This document shows, piece by piece, positions 26,000 through 38,704 of a stretch of 64,000 bases of DNA; position 1 is the first letter of the stretch, and each line of letters starts with the position of its first letter. Below the pieces are notes generated by a model. The model was not told where the DNA came from. It did no database searches and was given only the letters and a program-made list of their open reading frames with translations. The translations under genes and the position numbers were made by a program. Origin of the DNA: Octopus sinensis (taxonomy: Eukaryota). Location: assembly GCF_006345805.1 (NCBI RefSeq), contig NC_043011.1, positions 61,888,464-61,952,463 of the forward strand. The letters run 5' to 3'.

Positions 26000-26412
26000 T
26001 TGTGCCTGGGGTGGGTCATTCTCTTTTAGTGCCTTATTATTAAACACACTTACCGGTAAAGTTTCCATTCATTTATTTTTCTAAAATTTTCGTTGCGCCT
26101 TGCAACCTTTTCAATAGTCGTTGACTTTGTCCGCTATCCAACCTGCGCTTTTATTTATTTATATTTTATTTGTGCGCATGTGCCCCCCACCCACACACAC
26201 ACACACAGCTCGGATAACAGAGTCAACGGCCATTGAAAAGGTTGCAAGACGCAACGAAAATTTTAGAAAAATAAATGAGTGGAAACTTTACCGGTAAGTG
26301 TGTTAAATAATAAGGCACTAAAAGAGAATGACTCACCCCAGACACAACAAAATATGCTTCAATACACGAATTCACATAAAGAATCTTACATACCAAATCC
26401 AAAAACGAAATA
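26000..26412 (+). mobile_element. foldback element: ~135-bp inverted arms plus ~60-nt one-sided tail
   Basis: About 26000-26135 versus 26210-26348 are reverse complements with few mismatches; tail shared with 7660-7731 and a relative near 61530. Confidence 0.85.
26230..26266 (+). ncRNA. minimal hammerhead-like motif, U3-A8 core (mirror copy at 26081-26117, - strand)
   Basis: CYA-UUGAAAA-G-GUUGC(AAGRC)GCAAC-GAAA-A-UUU-UAG. Confidence 0.55.
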
Positions 26413-26489
26413 AAGATTAAATTATTGAGTATTGGTTCTCAGAACTTCTTATATCAAGTTGCTTGGGTTTTTTCAAAAACAAAATATGA

Positions 26490-26915
26490 CATGAGTGGCT
26501 TGGTTCCCGATTATGTGGTCCTCGGTTCAGTCCCACTTCACGGTACCTTGGGAAAGTGTTTTCTACTATAGCCCCGGGCTGATTAAAGCCTTGTGAGTGG
26601 ATTTGGTAGACGGAAACTGAAAGAAGCCCGTCGTGTGTGTGTGTGCTTGTAAGTATGTGTATATGTGAATATGTGTGTATGTGTGTGTTTGCATGTGCAT
26701 GCGGCTTTGTGTTTTTGTTTGTCCCTCGCCACTGCTTAACAACCGGTATTGGCTCGTTTACGTCCTCGTGACTTAACGGTCCAGCAAAAAAAGATAGATC
26801 GAATAAACAATGAGGAACTGGGGTTTCCATTCTTTCGGCTAAAAAAAGGCTCTAGAAGGCGGCTGCCCCAACATGGTCGCAGTCCAATGACTGAAACAAG
26901 CAAAGGATAAATGAT
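26490..26915 (+). mobile_element. SINE family A, diverged
   Basis: Head, body and tail motifs as in other A copies. Confidence 0.85.
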
Positions 26916-27034
26916 GAATGGTTAAACGACTAGAAATCATAATAAAAGACCAGGAAACAGAAAGAAGCCTGAAAGACTTAGAAATGAACCACAACGTTGC
27001 ACCTCTGTAGACTTATCCATTTAATTTGTTAAAG

Positions 27035-27134
27035 NNNNNNNNNNNNNNNNNNNNNNNNNNNNNNNNNNNNNNNNNNNNNNNNNNNNNNNNNNNNNNNNNN
27101 NNNNNNNNNNNNNNNNNNNNNNNNNNNNNNNNNN
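27035..27134. other. assembly gap (100 N)
   Basis: Run of 100 n; a round number typical of scaffolding joins of unknown size. Confidence 1.
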
Positions 27135-27750
27135 AAGCTGGCAGAAACGTTAGCACGCCGGGCGAAATGCGTAGCCGTATTTCGTCTGCCGCTACGTTCT
27201 GAGTTCAAATTCTGCCGAGATCAACTTTGCCTTTCATCCTTTCGGGGTCGATTAAATAAGTACCAGTTACGCACTGGGGTCGATATAATCGACTTAAACC
27301 GTTTGTCTGTGCTTGTTTGTCCCCTCTGTGTTTAGCCCCTTGTGAGTAATAAAGAAATAGGTATTTCGTCTGCCGCTACATTCTGAGTTCAAATTCCGCC
27401 GAGGTCGACTTTGCCTTTCATTCTTTAAATGTCGATAAAATAAGTACCAGTTACGCACTGGGGTCGACATAATCGATTTAATCCGTGTGTCTGTCCTTGT
27501 CTGTCTTCTCTGTGTTTAGCGCCTTGTAGGTAGTAAAGAAATAAGAATCGTTAGCACATTAGAGAAGATATTTTGTTGTATTCTTTCCGGTTTTGCGTTC
27601 CGAGTTCGAATTCCGCTGCAGCTGGTTTTTGCTTTTTATCCTTTCGGGGTCGATTAAATAAACACCTATTAAGCACTGCGGTCGATTTAATCGGATTAAT
27701 CCATTGCCTTAAAATTTCGCACCTTGTGCCTATAACAGAAAGGGTTATTA
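27135..27750 (+). mobile_element. SINE family B, trimer-like
   Basis: Three successive GAGTTC..ATTC..GCC cores. Confidence 0.9.
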
Positions 27751-28119
27751 TTAATTATCGGTTAATCAGTTAACTAGTCGTACGTTTGATTAACCGTTCG
27801 GTTAATCCATTAATCCGTTATATTGGTATTATAATCCTCCCAAGAGACAACAAAATGCGTTTCAATATAAAAACGAAATATTCAGGGAGAGCTTTTTCGA
27901 AACCTACATCATCTCTATCCAGATATCAAACTGACATTCACACCAGGAATTATTAATGCACGAGGCTATTGTTATTCAAAGTCTCAGTGAGAGTTCCGCA
28001 AAACTTGGTATTTCAGGCATAGAAAGTGAATCGCAAAAATGGTATTTTGCAAGAATTTTAATGTATTACTTTTACAGTATACTGAAATAAAAGCAGCTTT
28101 CAAAGATTTCAACTAATAT

Positions 28120-28955
28120 TTTCAAATTTGACACAAGGGCAGCAATTTCAAGAAGGGAGTAAGTTTATTACGTCGACCCTCAATATTCAACTGGTATTTA
28201 TTTTGTTGACCCCAAAATGATAAAAGTTGACCTCGGAGGAATTGGACCTCAGAACATAAAAACGGATGAAATGCTACTAAGCATGCTGTCCGGCATGCTA
28301 ACGATTGTGCTAAATCGTCGCCTTAAAGCTTTCAAACACTGTTTTCAAATTTTGACACACAGCCAGCAATTTTGAGGGAGGGGTAAGTTGATTACATCGA
28401 TTCCAGTAACCGAATGGTACTTATTTTATCGATGCTGAATGGATTAAAGGCAAAGTTGGCCTCAACGGAATTTGAACTCAGAACGTAAAGACACAAAATG
28501 TCATTTAAGCGTTTTGCCTGCTCGCCGCCACCTTAAAAGCTTTCAAAATATTCTTTTCTGCTCTAGGCACAAGGCCTGAAATTTTGGGGGAGGGAGCCAG
28601 TCGATTAGATCGACCCCAGTACGTAACTGGTACTTAATTTATCGACACCGAAAAAATGAAAGGCAAAGTCGACCTTCGCGGAATTTGAACTCAGAATGTA
28701 AAGACTGACGAAATACCTATTTCTTTACTGCCCACAAGGGGCTAGACATAGAGGGGACAAACAAGGATAGGCAAACGGATTAAATCGATTATATCGACCC
28801 CAGTGCGTAACTGGTACTTAATTTATCGACCCCGAAAGGATGAAAGGCAAAGTCGACCTCGGCGGAATTTGAGCTCAGAACGTAACGGCAGCCGAAATAC
28901 CGTTAAGCATTGTTCCGCCCGGCGTGCTAACGGTTCTGCCAGCTCGACGCCTTAA
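28120..28955 (-). mobile_element. array of three SINE family B copies
   Basis: Repeated AAAGTYGACCTC..GGAATTTGAACTCAGAA units, separated by AAAGCTTTCAAA. Confidence 0.85.
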
Positions 28956-29413
28956 AGCCTTCAAATATTAAAAGATTTATAAAGAAATGAATAATTAAAA
29001 AATGAAAATATAACACGTCTTCCTTACCTTTTTTACTTGTCCTATGTACAGACGTGAGCAGACTCCAACTTCTTTGCAGTTTTATATTCGCTAATGGATT
29101 CGAATCTGAGTCGCTGCATGGTAGGTGTCAGATAGTGTCAGGTGTCAGGTCTGGTCTCCGAAAGTCAATCTGAATCGCGTCACCAGTAAATGTAAATATG
29201 ATATTTGAACAAACATATCGACGTGAGATTTGACTACAAGCACGTCTTTAATTCTGTGTGAAAGCGATGTGAAGTGACCTTCGTACACTTCACAGAACAA
29301 GGTCAAAGGTTGCGGGGTGCGGTGGGGCAGGGTGGGGAATAAACGATAATCCGCTAAAGTGGTGATAGGGTCCACATGTGTGAACTGCTTGTTCCAACGA
29401 AGTTTGTTTGAAA

Positions 29414-29810
29414 AGGCGGCGAGCTGGCAGAAACTTTCGCACGCCGGGCGGAAGGCTCAGCGGTATTTCGTCTGCCGCTACGTTCTGAGTTCAAATTCCG
29501 CCGAGGTCGACTTTACCTTTCATCCTTTCGGGATCGATAAAATAAGTACCAGCTACGCACTGGTGTCGATATAATCGACTTAATCCGTTTGTCTATCCTT
29601 GTTTGTCCTCTCTGTGTTTAGCCGCTTGTGGGTAGTAAAGAGATAGGTATTTCGCCCGTCGCTGCGTTCTGAGTTCAAATTCCACCGAGGTCGACTTTGT
29701 CTTTCATCCTTTCGGGGTCGATGAAATAAGTACCAGTTACGCACTGGGGTCGATGAAATCGACTATCCCCCTTCCCCCAATTTCAGGTCTTGCGCCTATA
29801 GTAGAAAGGA
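29414..29810 (+). mobile_element. SINE family B, dimer-like
   Basis: GGCGGCGAGCTGGCAG head and two cores. Confidence 0.9.
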
Positions 29811-30014
29811 AGTTAGTTTGAATGTGATCACTCGAGCTACTTGAAATAGTAGCGAAATCTACCTCAAATCCCATCCCATTGTCCTAAAGAAAGAGGGAAT
29901 ACGTTGAGTCATGTGGCAACCTAAAACATGAAGTGGTCACGGATGGAACGCCTTTGTTCATGTGTCTGCTTGGTTCGGGCTGACGTGGAGCTAAGCAAAA
30001 ACAGTTACATAGTT

Positions 30015-30270
30015 ACATCGTCATCAGCATCATCTTCATCATCGTCGTCCTCATCGCCATAATCTCCCTCATCATCATCATCGTTATTATCATCATCATT
30101 CTGCCTTTTTCTTCATCATCATCAGCAGCAGCAGCATCTTCCTCAGCTGTATCATTATAGTCTTCGTCCTCATCCGCCTCTTCACCCTTATTTTCCTCCC
30201 CATACTCCTCACCTTTATCCTCATCATCATCATCATTCTCAACATCTTCGACAGCAACAACAGCAACAAA
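30015..30270. repeat. degenerate (CAT/CCT/CAG)n tract
   Basis: Directly visible; produces the D/E-rich pseudo-ORF. Confidence 0.85.
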
Positions 30271-30603
30271 AATTATAGTAGGCGTTGTAACCTGGCCGTG
30301 TATTGCATGCCACACCACCAGGATTCGGGGAACCTTTAAGGGAGACCAGTCACTTGCAAGCATTCATGCAAAGCTTCTGGTTGTAGGACAGTTTCATTCC
30401 TTCTTTCCGCCAGTCTCGAAGGTTTGAAAAGAAACATAGGCAAAGTTTTTTTTACCCCTTTTTATGATAAAAATAAATTCCAGGCCCACTGGCCTCTAAA
30501 CCAGTTATCCAACCCTCTTCCGGAATATGAACCCCATAAAGTAGTAATTGTTTTCGCATGCCAGCTAAAAAGAAAACAGCTAAAAACATACTAAAAATAG
30601 CAG

Positions 30604-30785
30604 AAAATTTCCAAGACCCTTTCAAAATTTTCCCAGGTCCTCTCAGAATTTTCCCAGGAACTCTCAAAATTTTCTCAGGCACCCTCAAAATTTTCCTAGG
30701 CACCCTCAAAATTTTCACATACACCCTCAAAATTTTCCCAGGCACCCTCAGAATTTTCCCAGGCCCGCTTAAAATTTTCCCAGGC
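30604..30785. repeat. 21-bp minisatellite AAAATTTTCCCAGGCACCCTC, about 8 copies
   Basis: Directly visible; followed by a hAT-like terminus (rc CAGTGGTCCTCAAC) ending near 30823. Confidence 0.9.
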
Positions 30786-31619
30786 CGACTTGTGGGTTTC
30801 AGGCCCAACGTTGAGGACCACTGATCTAGAGGGAATGGAGAGGAAGAGACAGATGGAGAGAGAGGGGGAATATATATTTACACAAACATTAGGTGACTGC
30901 TAGAAAAGCTCATTATTGAAAGCACCTAGCAGTGCTCAAATAAATTCGAACCTAAACTCCGAATTCTACCTCCAGGAGTAAATTCACGGAGCCATGAGTA
31001 ACTATAAGAGAAACCCATGGCAAGTTTATATGGAGGTTGTGATGCAGATAAACGCAGTTAGGCTTAGCATATAAAATACATATTCACCCACTTTTTTTTA
31101 TAGGTATGTATATTTTTCACCCTCTCAGTCTCCCTCCCCTGTCTCAAAATTGGTTAGAACCAAAGAAATGGAAGCAAAGATAAGGCTCTATGTGTTCTTG
31201 TACGGAACTTCTGTGAGAAACATACGGCAAGCTGCTAGAGTGGGTCATTCGGTGACCTGCAGCTTGCTACATTTGGGATGAAACTCTCACCGTGCTAAGA
31301 ATAATAGAAGAGATAACGGGAATTTATGTAACAGCACAGGTTGTTTATGGATCATTCGTAGATTGCAGAGAGAGCCGACTCGAAACACAGAATAAAGCAA
31401 ATACAAAACCAGAATAAAGAAAATACTTAAATAAAAATGAGACAAACAAAGAGTAAACTATTTGAACTTAATATGCAGCGTTGTATCTAATTTAAACAAT
31501 GGGACGACTGTTTCAAAACCATCGCAAATCTCTGATAGGAGGTGCTGATGGTTTTTCCGTTAAGTGAAAACCAACAAGAAATAAAGTAACGAAGCGTTTA
31601 CACATCCTTCAGTGATATA

Positions 31620-31935
31620 CGAGGTCTGATCAATAAGTATCCGGACTGTTGCCATAGTAACGAAATTAAAGCATGCAGAGTAAAGCTGCTGGTCAGAGAT
31701 TGACCTTGAACTCTGCTGTGCATGTCCACCGTGTTTTAGCTCACTTCCGCTGTTTGCAGCTTGGAAGGAAGGTGTGTAGCGTGTGATCGTCGCATTGACC
31801 ATGACAGAAAAAGTTGAGCAGAGAATCTATGCCAAATTTTGCCAAAGGCTTGGCAATCCCTGCCCAGAGGCCTACGCAAAGTTATAGAAAGTGTATGGAG
31901 AAGAGTGTACGAGCCGCACACAAATGAATAAGTGG
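31620..31935 (+). mobile_element. mariner 5' fragment
   Basis: TA + CGAGGTCTGATCAATAAGTATCCGGACT TIR-like start; ATG at 31801 gives MTEKVEQRIYAKFCQRLG..EAYAKL*KVYGEECTSRTQ..W. Confidence 0.85.
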
Positions 31936-32562
31936 CCATTCTAGATGTTGCATTTGCTTTTAATACAAGTCCGATGATTGTACAATTTCTTCAGATACAC
32001 TGTAGGGTCAGTTACTTACATGAAACCAGTCGTAATCTGAATTATTGAATAATTGTTATAGCCATAGCTAAGTAAATATTTCATCGTTAATTTATGCTGA
32101 GTCTGCTCGATACTTGCAGTCTTATATGATACAATTCGTGTATTGCCCTGTCTCCCCTCCTCTCTCTCTTTCTCTTTCCCTCTATTATACACACACACAA
32201 ACACACACACCACACACACACACACACACACACGAACACACACACACACACACACATACATAGACACACCTGCGAATGTATATGTAAATCTGTATAAAAC
32301 GAATTTGTGTGTTACATATACACAATATATATACTCAGCAATATTTTGTATCATATATGTATCTGTGTATACCACATATATAAAATACAATATGTTGTGT
32401 GTATGTATATATAATATATACATATATAATATATACATATATACATGTGCAATTATATATGAATAAAGATATATATATACACATTCATATACATATACGT
32501 AACTATATATATATATATATATATATGCACATATATACATATATATATACATATATATACAT

Positions 32563-32622
<60 letters not shown>

Positions 32623-32624
32623 GA

Positions 32625-32785
32625 ATGGAACAAAAACGCAACAGATGGCATTATATCGTTTGGACAGATAGACGACACAAAGGCGGACAAGAGGCACAAC
32701 AATTAGAAGGACAGGCAAAAGAAGACGGGTCATTCTTGGCTTTCTTTCATCAGTCAAGTACCAGAAGTCACAACCATTTCGGATA
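32625..32785 (-). mobile_element. PLE-like fragment F5
   Basis: rc CCGAAATGG...GACTGATGAAAG...GAATGACCCGTCT; lies between (TA)n arrays. Confidence 0.55.
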
Positions 32786-32799
32786 TATAATTGTATGTG

Positions 32800-32834
<35 letters not shown>

Positions 32835-32971
32835 GGATGTATGTTTGAATTTATATATGCATATTTGTATATATACTTAAACATAAATTGACTTTCGGAT
32901 GCACCAGCGGATGGACAGGAATAGTGTGTTCTAGAAAAATTTACATATGCATATATATATATGTGTGTGTG

Positions 32972-33004
<33 letters not shown>

Positions 33005-33497
33005 ACGTGTGTGTGTGTGTATGTATGTATGTATGTATGTATATATATACACACACATACATACGTACATACATACATACATATGCACACATATATATAG
33101 AGAGTGGGGGGGAGAGAGAGGCAGAGAGAGGGAGAGAGAGAGGATAGAGGGAGAGAGAGAGGTTGGAGGGAGAGAGAGATAGAGATTCTTGATATAAAAC
33201 AACGACCTTCTAAATTACCGAAGCGTGTTGAAAGATTTACGATATTATTCCATGTTTTCTCTGAAACAAAAAATTGCTTCTTGTTTAAATGATGTCCATA
33301 TTTCAAAGTCATTCTGACATTTCTCATTCAAACTTCTTTGAATCATTCCTGTCGACCAGGTGCTTTAATTTGTATCGAAAACAGGTAATTTGTTTCCAAT
33401 CTCTTTCATCTGACCACGAGAAGAATTTCGTTTCATTACACTCCACTATGTGATATATACCACAGGATATAGCCTCTGGATTCCATTATTTATTTAT

Positions 33498-33828
33498 TTT
33501 ATTACCTTGCTTGCGTAAGCGTAAGTAGGGTATCGTTTGTCTGTTTGTCTGTGTGTTTGCGAAATTACTGGAAAACGGCTGAACGGATTCTCACCAAATT
33601 TGGCAGAAATACTCATTGGGTGAGTGGCTGGAACTCATTAAATTTTGGTTTGGTGAATCAACTTATGTTTTTGTTTTTTCTTTGTTGACATATGCGCAAA
33701 CGATAAACAGGGGAAATAACCCTTGATATCATTTTATTGAAATATGAATTGGTCTGATTAATATTATATTAAATTTTATTTTATCTTTATGTGCTTGCAG
33801 GGTACGCATCGCCACTTCGATACCTTTT
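33498..33828 (+). mobile_element. Helentron-type non-autonomous element (HINE/DINE-1-like)
   Basis: T-rich site; TACCTTGC start, near-5' inverted copy, (GTCT/GTTT)n, then 3' GCAGGGTA, a short hairpin and a T run. Confidence 0.6.
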
Positions 33829-34004
33829 ATTTTTTCATTTATTTATGTATTTATTTCTTTATTTGTCTGGTTGGTTGGTTGGTTGGTTGGTTGGTTATTT
33901 GTTTGTTTCTTTCGTTCTTGGTTTCATTGGGTGGCACCGTAGCCAACGAGTGTTAAGCTAGGTGTGGTATAATTGAAAAGATTATGGCTAAGTTACCGAA
34001 TACA

Positions 34005-34185
34005 GCGAGCTGGCTGAGTCGTTAGCAGCGCCGACCGTTTCTGCATTCAAATTCCACCGAGGTCGGCTTTGTCTTTCATTCCTTTCGAGGTCGATAAAAT
34101 AAATACCAGTCGAGCACTGGGGTCAATATAATCGACTAACAGCCCCACCTCTCCCAAAATTTCAGACGTTGTGTTTATAATAGAA
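34005..34185 (+). mobile_element. SINE family B, diverged monomer
   Basis: GCGAGCTGGC head and TTTCGAGGTCGATAAAATAA core. Confidence 0.8.
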
Positions 34186-34269
34186 ATGTCAGAATAGAAA
34201 GGTAGCTTTTGTCTGCTATTCATAAGAATGGTATCAGTTGATCCCAGATTTTCATCACATTATAAACTG

Positions 34270-34555
34270 GTATTCCGTCGGTTACGACGACGAGGTTTCC
34301 AGTTGATCCGATCAACGGAATAGCCTGCTCGGGAAATTAACGTACAAGTGGCTGAGTACTCCACAGACACACAAGCACCCTTAACACGGAACCTGGCAAG
34401 GCTGACCCCATTGAATTACAGGAACAACTCATTTTCACCAACTGAGTGGACAGGAGCAATGTGAAATAAAGTGTCTTGATCCTGGACACAACGCGAGGCT
34501 GGATATCGAACTCACACCCTTAAGATCGTGAGCCAAATACTCTAACCACTAAGAA
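34270..34555 (-). mobile_element. chimeric SINE (E-type head and CORE, C-type 3' body)
   Basis: 34270-34420 matches 17210-17390; 34430-34555 matches the family E head. Confidence 0.7.
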
Positions 34556-35204
34556 ATGAATGATCACTTCAACACAATATTACATAAGCGAGTTCTATTT
34601 ATTTTGAATTGATTGTTTCGGACACAAGCTTTCACAAGTTTCCTTTCATTAAACCCTGATTTAGGTTTTGCTTAGACTCAAACGCTTGTCCAGCGAAATA
34701 AACTGCAAACAGATTATGACGTCGTTTTAGGCTTTTGTAAAAAGGTTTATCAGACTTGTTCTGGTCGCTTCTTTTCGTTGTTTGCAAACAAATAATTAAT
34801 CAAATTGACACGAGTGAGACAATATTTATTGCAGTGTTTAACCATAGAGAAAAACGAAATGCCTCACACATACAAAGACATCGGGATGACGGACAGCCAG
34901 CCTGAGCTCTGTTGCTAGGATACCACCATATTACAGGGGAACGTCTGCAAAACTTACGTAATAATATATACTATACATAGATGAATGCAGTACATATATA
35001 TATGATATATATATATACATACATATATATATACATATATATATGTGCGTGTGTGTATACATACACACACACACACACAGATATATATATATATATATAT
35101 TATATAGTGTAATAAATAAAATATATGCATACATACAAACATATATGTAAGTACCTACATCTACATGTATATATACATGCATATATAAATATATATATAC
35201 GTGT

Positions 35205-35372
35205 GTACAGGACACCACAAATAGACGTAGAACTCAACGAGAAAGGAAAACGTAAAAACAGCATGGAACGGACCATTCCTTTAACAACGAAAAAACAGAG
35301 TACAAGACAAACAACACAAGGAAAAATCCCCTTCATCAGCCGTCCCTAGTTCAACTCCAGCGTGTTTCGAAG
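35205..35372 (-). mobile_element. PLE-like fragment F4
   Basis: rc CCTTCGAAACACG...CTGATGAAGGGGA..CCTTGTGTTGTTTGTCTTGTACTCTG, matching 42630-42720. Confidence 0.6.
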
Positions 35373-35457
35373 GTGATGTATGTATGTGTATATGTATATA
35401 AATGTATGCATGAATATATGTATATATATATGTGTGAATATATATGTGTGTGTGTGT

Positions 35458-35500
<43 letters not shown>

Positions 35501-35504
35501 CATA

Positions 35505-35877
35505 CTCTCTACTCTTACTCTCTCTTACTTGTTTCAGTTATTTGACTGTGGCCATGCTGGAACACCGTCTTTGGTCGAGCAAATCGACCCCAGGACTTAT
35601 TATTTGTAAGCCTAGTACTTATTCTATCGGTCTCTTTTGCCTAACCGCTAAGCTTCAGTTGTCAAGCGATGGTCGGGGAACAAACACAGACACACAAACA
35701 TATACAAATATATACGAGGAGCTTCTTTCAGTTTCCGTCTACCAAATCCGCTCACAAGGCTTTGGTCGGCTCGAAGCTATAGTAGAAGACACTTGCCCAA
35801 GATGCCACCCAGTGGACTGAACCCGGAACCATGTGGTTGGCAAGCAAGCTACTTACCACACAGCCACTCCTACGCTT
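35505..35877 (-). mobile_element. SINE family A
   Basis: Reverse complement of the A head and tail. Confidence 0.9.
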
Positions 35878-35956
35878 ATATACATACATATATATAAATA
35901 CATATTAAATACATACATACATATAAATACACACACACACACACTTTCATACATAC

Positions 35957-36049
<93 letters not shown>

Positions 36050-36139
36050 ATATATATATATATATGCACGCACTCTGAGACCTAAATACATTATATACAT
36101 GCGTACATATATATATATATAATATATATATATATATAT

Positions 36140-36179
<40 letters not shown>

Positions 36180-36400
36180 TATGTAGTATGTATATATACA
36201 CACACACATATTATGTACGATTCATGAATGTGTATACGTATGATTTACATATATATATATCTATGCGTTTGTTTATATGTATATACATAATTCTGTTGCG
36301 TATTTCAGCCCTAAAGCTGCGGCCATTCTGTGTCAACCAGACACATACACACAAGCTATTAACGTACAGCCACACACACAAAGACACATGAGTATGTGTG

Positions 36401-36439
<39 letters not shown>

Positions 36440-37037
36440 TATACCTGTGACAGCCTGTTTGTATATCAATAATTATCAATCACTTAATGAACTATCTTAA
36501 TGTTTTCACGTGTTATGATTTATGGCCGCTGATCATCGATAAACAAACAAAAAAAAACAATCGTATAATGGAGCTTAGCAGCATTAAACATAATCTCTGT
36601 ACGAATTCCATCGAAGTCGATATTACCAACGAATACAACAAAGACTTAGGCCAATCGATAAAGCATTTAATTGTGTTGTTGTTGTTTTTTAACCCCCGGA
36701 TAAACTTGATCGAATAGTCCCATGAAAAAGAGCAGCCAAGCCATAAACTTCTGGATTTCTTTGATTAGAATAATCTGTTGTTTCGTATTGGAAAAAAAAG
36801 ACAAAAAAAAATTGACCATGGTGGCCGAGCGTTTGTGAAAACCCAAAAATGGTGAAGTACTGCAAACGTAGAGCTTCAAAGGGATCCGGCATTTTACGTT
36901 AATTAGTGAATATAACGGTCGTATTAGATCTCTTCGGCCAGATATATTCTTCTGAGTTTGCAAACATAAGAGAGGTGGATAGATGGACGGATGGATACAT
37001 GGATGGATGGCCGGACAGACGGGCGGATAGCTATCTG

Positions 37038-37088
<51 letters not shown>

Positions 37089-37104
37089 GTCTGTCTGTCT
37101 GTCG

Positions 37105-37139
<35 letters not shown>

Positions 37140-37147
37140 CGTCCGTC

Positions 37148-37221
<74 letters not shown>

Positions 37222-37967
37222 TGTGCCTCTGTATGTATATACATATAATTTGTATATCTTTGTCTACAGAGCTTCTTCTCTTGCATAATTCGAATCATAT
37301 AACTGCCTGAAAAACACGATTGAGCAATACTAGTGAGAGTTCATGGAACAGTTCGCTAGAATGACCTGTTAGTAACGACACGTTTCTTTGAATATTTTGA
37401 TTATTTTCTTGTATTTGGATAGGGGAATCTTTCCTGAAATATCATAGAATGCTGAAACAGTCTATGTAAATAAAGTAATACAATAAAAATGTAATACAAA
37501 CCTGAGTGGCCTATACACATATGCGGGCACTAGAGTAGCTAGTGTGTATACCACCCGGAGCATATATACGTACGTGTGTGTATGTGTGCATATAGTATGT
37601 GTGTTATGTGCGTCTATATGTGTTTGTGCGAGGTTATGAATGTCTGAAAAAGCTTCTGATCATTGTGGGAGCGACATAAGACAACAACACACTAAAATGA
37701 CCTTTTGGGGGAAATATCTTTCTCTCCGAACCTTTTTACTTTCACCTGAAATATCAAAAAAACCATTAAGCAACTTATGTTAGGTAATTTGAAACCTTTT
37801 ATCTTTGCTTCCAGTTACTGGTATCACTTTGCAGATTTTTCCTAACATTTCACCTGCAATGTTCAAAGGTCTGTTTTAAACATTTATACCATTTATACGT
37901 TTCTATGCTTCAAGCAATTTCAGCACTTTTTGATGCATATACATACATATATACATATATACATACA

Positions 37968-38004
<37 letters not shown>

Positions 38005-38007
<3 letters not shown>

Positions 38008-38110
38008 GCAAGAGCGGCTGTGTGCTTCCCAACCGCGTGGTTCCCGGTTAAGTCCTACTGTGTGGCACCTTGGGCACGTGTCTTCTACTATAGCTTGGGG
38101 CCGACCAAAG
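38005..38110 (+). mobile_element. SINE family A, 5' fragment
   Basis: GGCGCAAGAGCGGCTGTGTG...CCGACCAAAG. Confidence 0.85.
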
Positions 38111-38704
38111 TGGCTTGGTAAAAGGGAAAAGTTCAACCACAACCGAGAAGAGAACTTCATGGAAAAAAAGTTCTTCCCTCTATCTGGTGGGATTGCAAAG
38201 GAATAATTCACTTTGAATTGTTACCACCTAATGCAACAATCAATGCTCAAGTCTACTGTCAGCAATTAGAGCGTTTGAACCAAGCTTTGAAGAAAAATAG
38301 ACTCGCTTTAGTGAATCGAAAAGGAGTGGTGTTTCGTCAGGACAATACGCGACCCCACACTTCAAAGATCACATCACAGAAGATCGAAAAGCTTGGTTGG
38401 GAAAAAATTCTCATCCACCTTTTTCTCCCGATCTTGCTCCTTCAAACTACCATTTGTTTCGTAGTTTACAGAATCATTTGGGGGACATAACTTTCGGAAG
38501 CCAGGAGGAGGTCGAAACTGACGTTTCAGAGTCTTCGCTTCAAAAGAGTTTTATATTGATGGGATTAAAAAGCTTGTAAATAGATGGAAGGAAGTCATAG
38601 ATATTCAGCGAAAGTACATCGATGATTAAATTTCAATTAAATATAATATATGATCTCTTGTTTTCTTTATTCAAAATTCAAACAGAACTTATGGGATGAC
38701 CTGA
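38111..38704 (+). mobile_element. mariner 3' half (cecropia/mellifera-like)
   Basis: LHGKKV..IWWDCKGIIHFELLP..TINAQVYCQQL..QDNTRPH..HPPFSPDLAPSNYHLFRSLQN..YIDD*; right end ACTTATGGGATGACCTGA+TA. Confidence 0.92.

Noticed and set aside
30604-30785. CRISPR-like regular repeat
   Set aside because: Head-to-tail units without unique spacers; eukaryotic context; no cas genes
30558-30824. ORF with KIFPGTL heptad repeats (and its antisense ORF)
   Set aside because: Product of a 21-bp minisatellite next to a transposon terminus
36667-36963. Minus-strand ORFs with an acceptor-like T tract
   Set aside because: Two frames equally open, weak donor, no homology recognised
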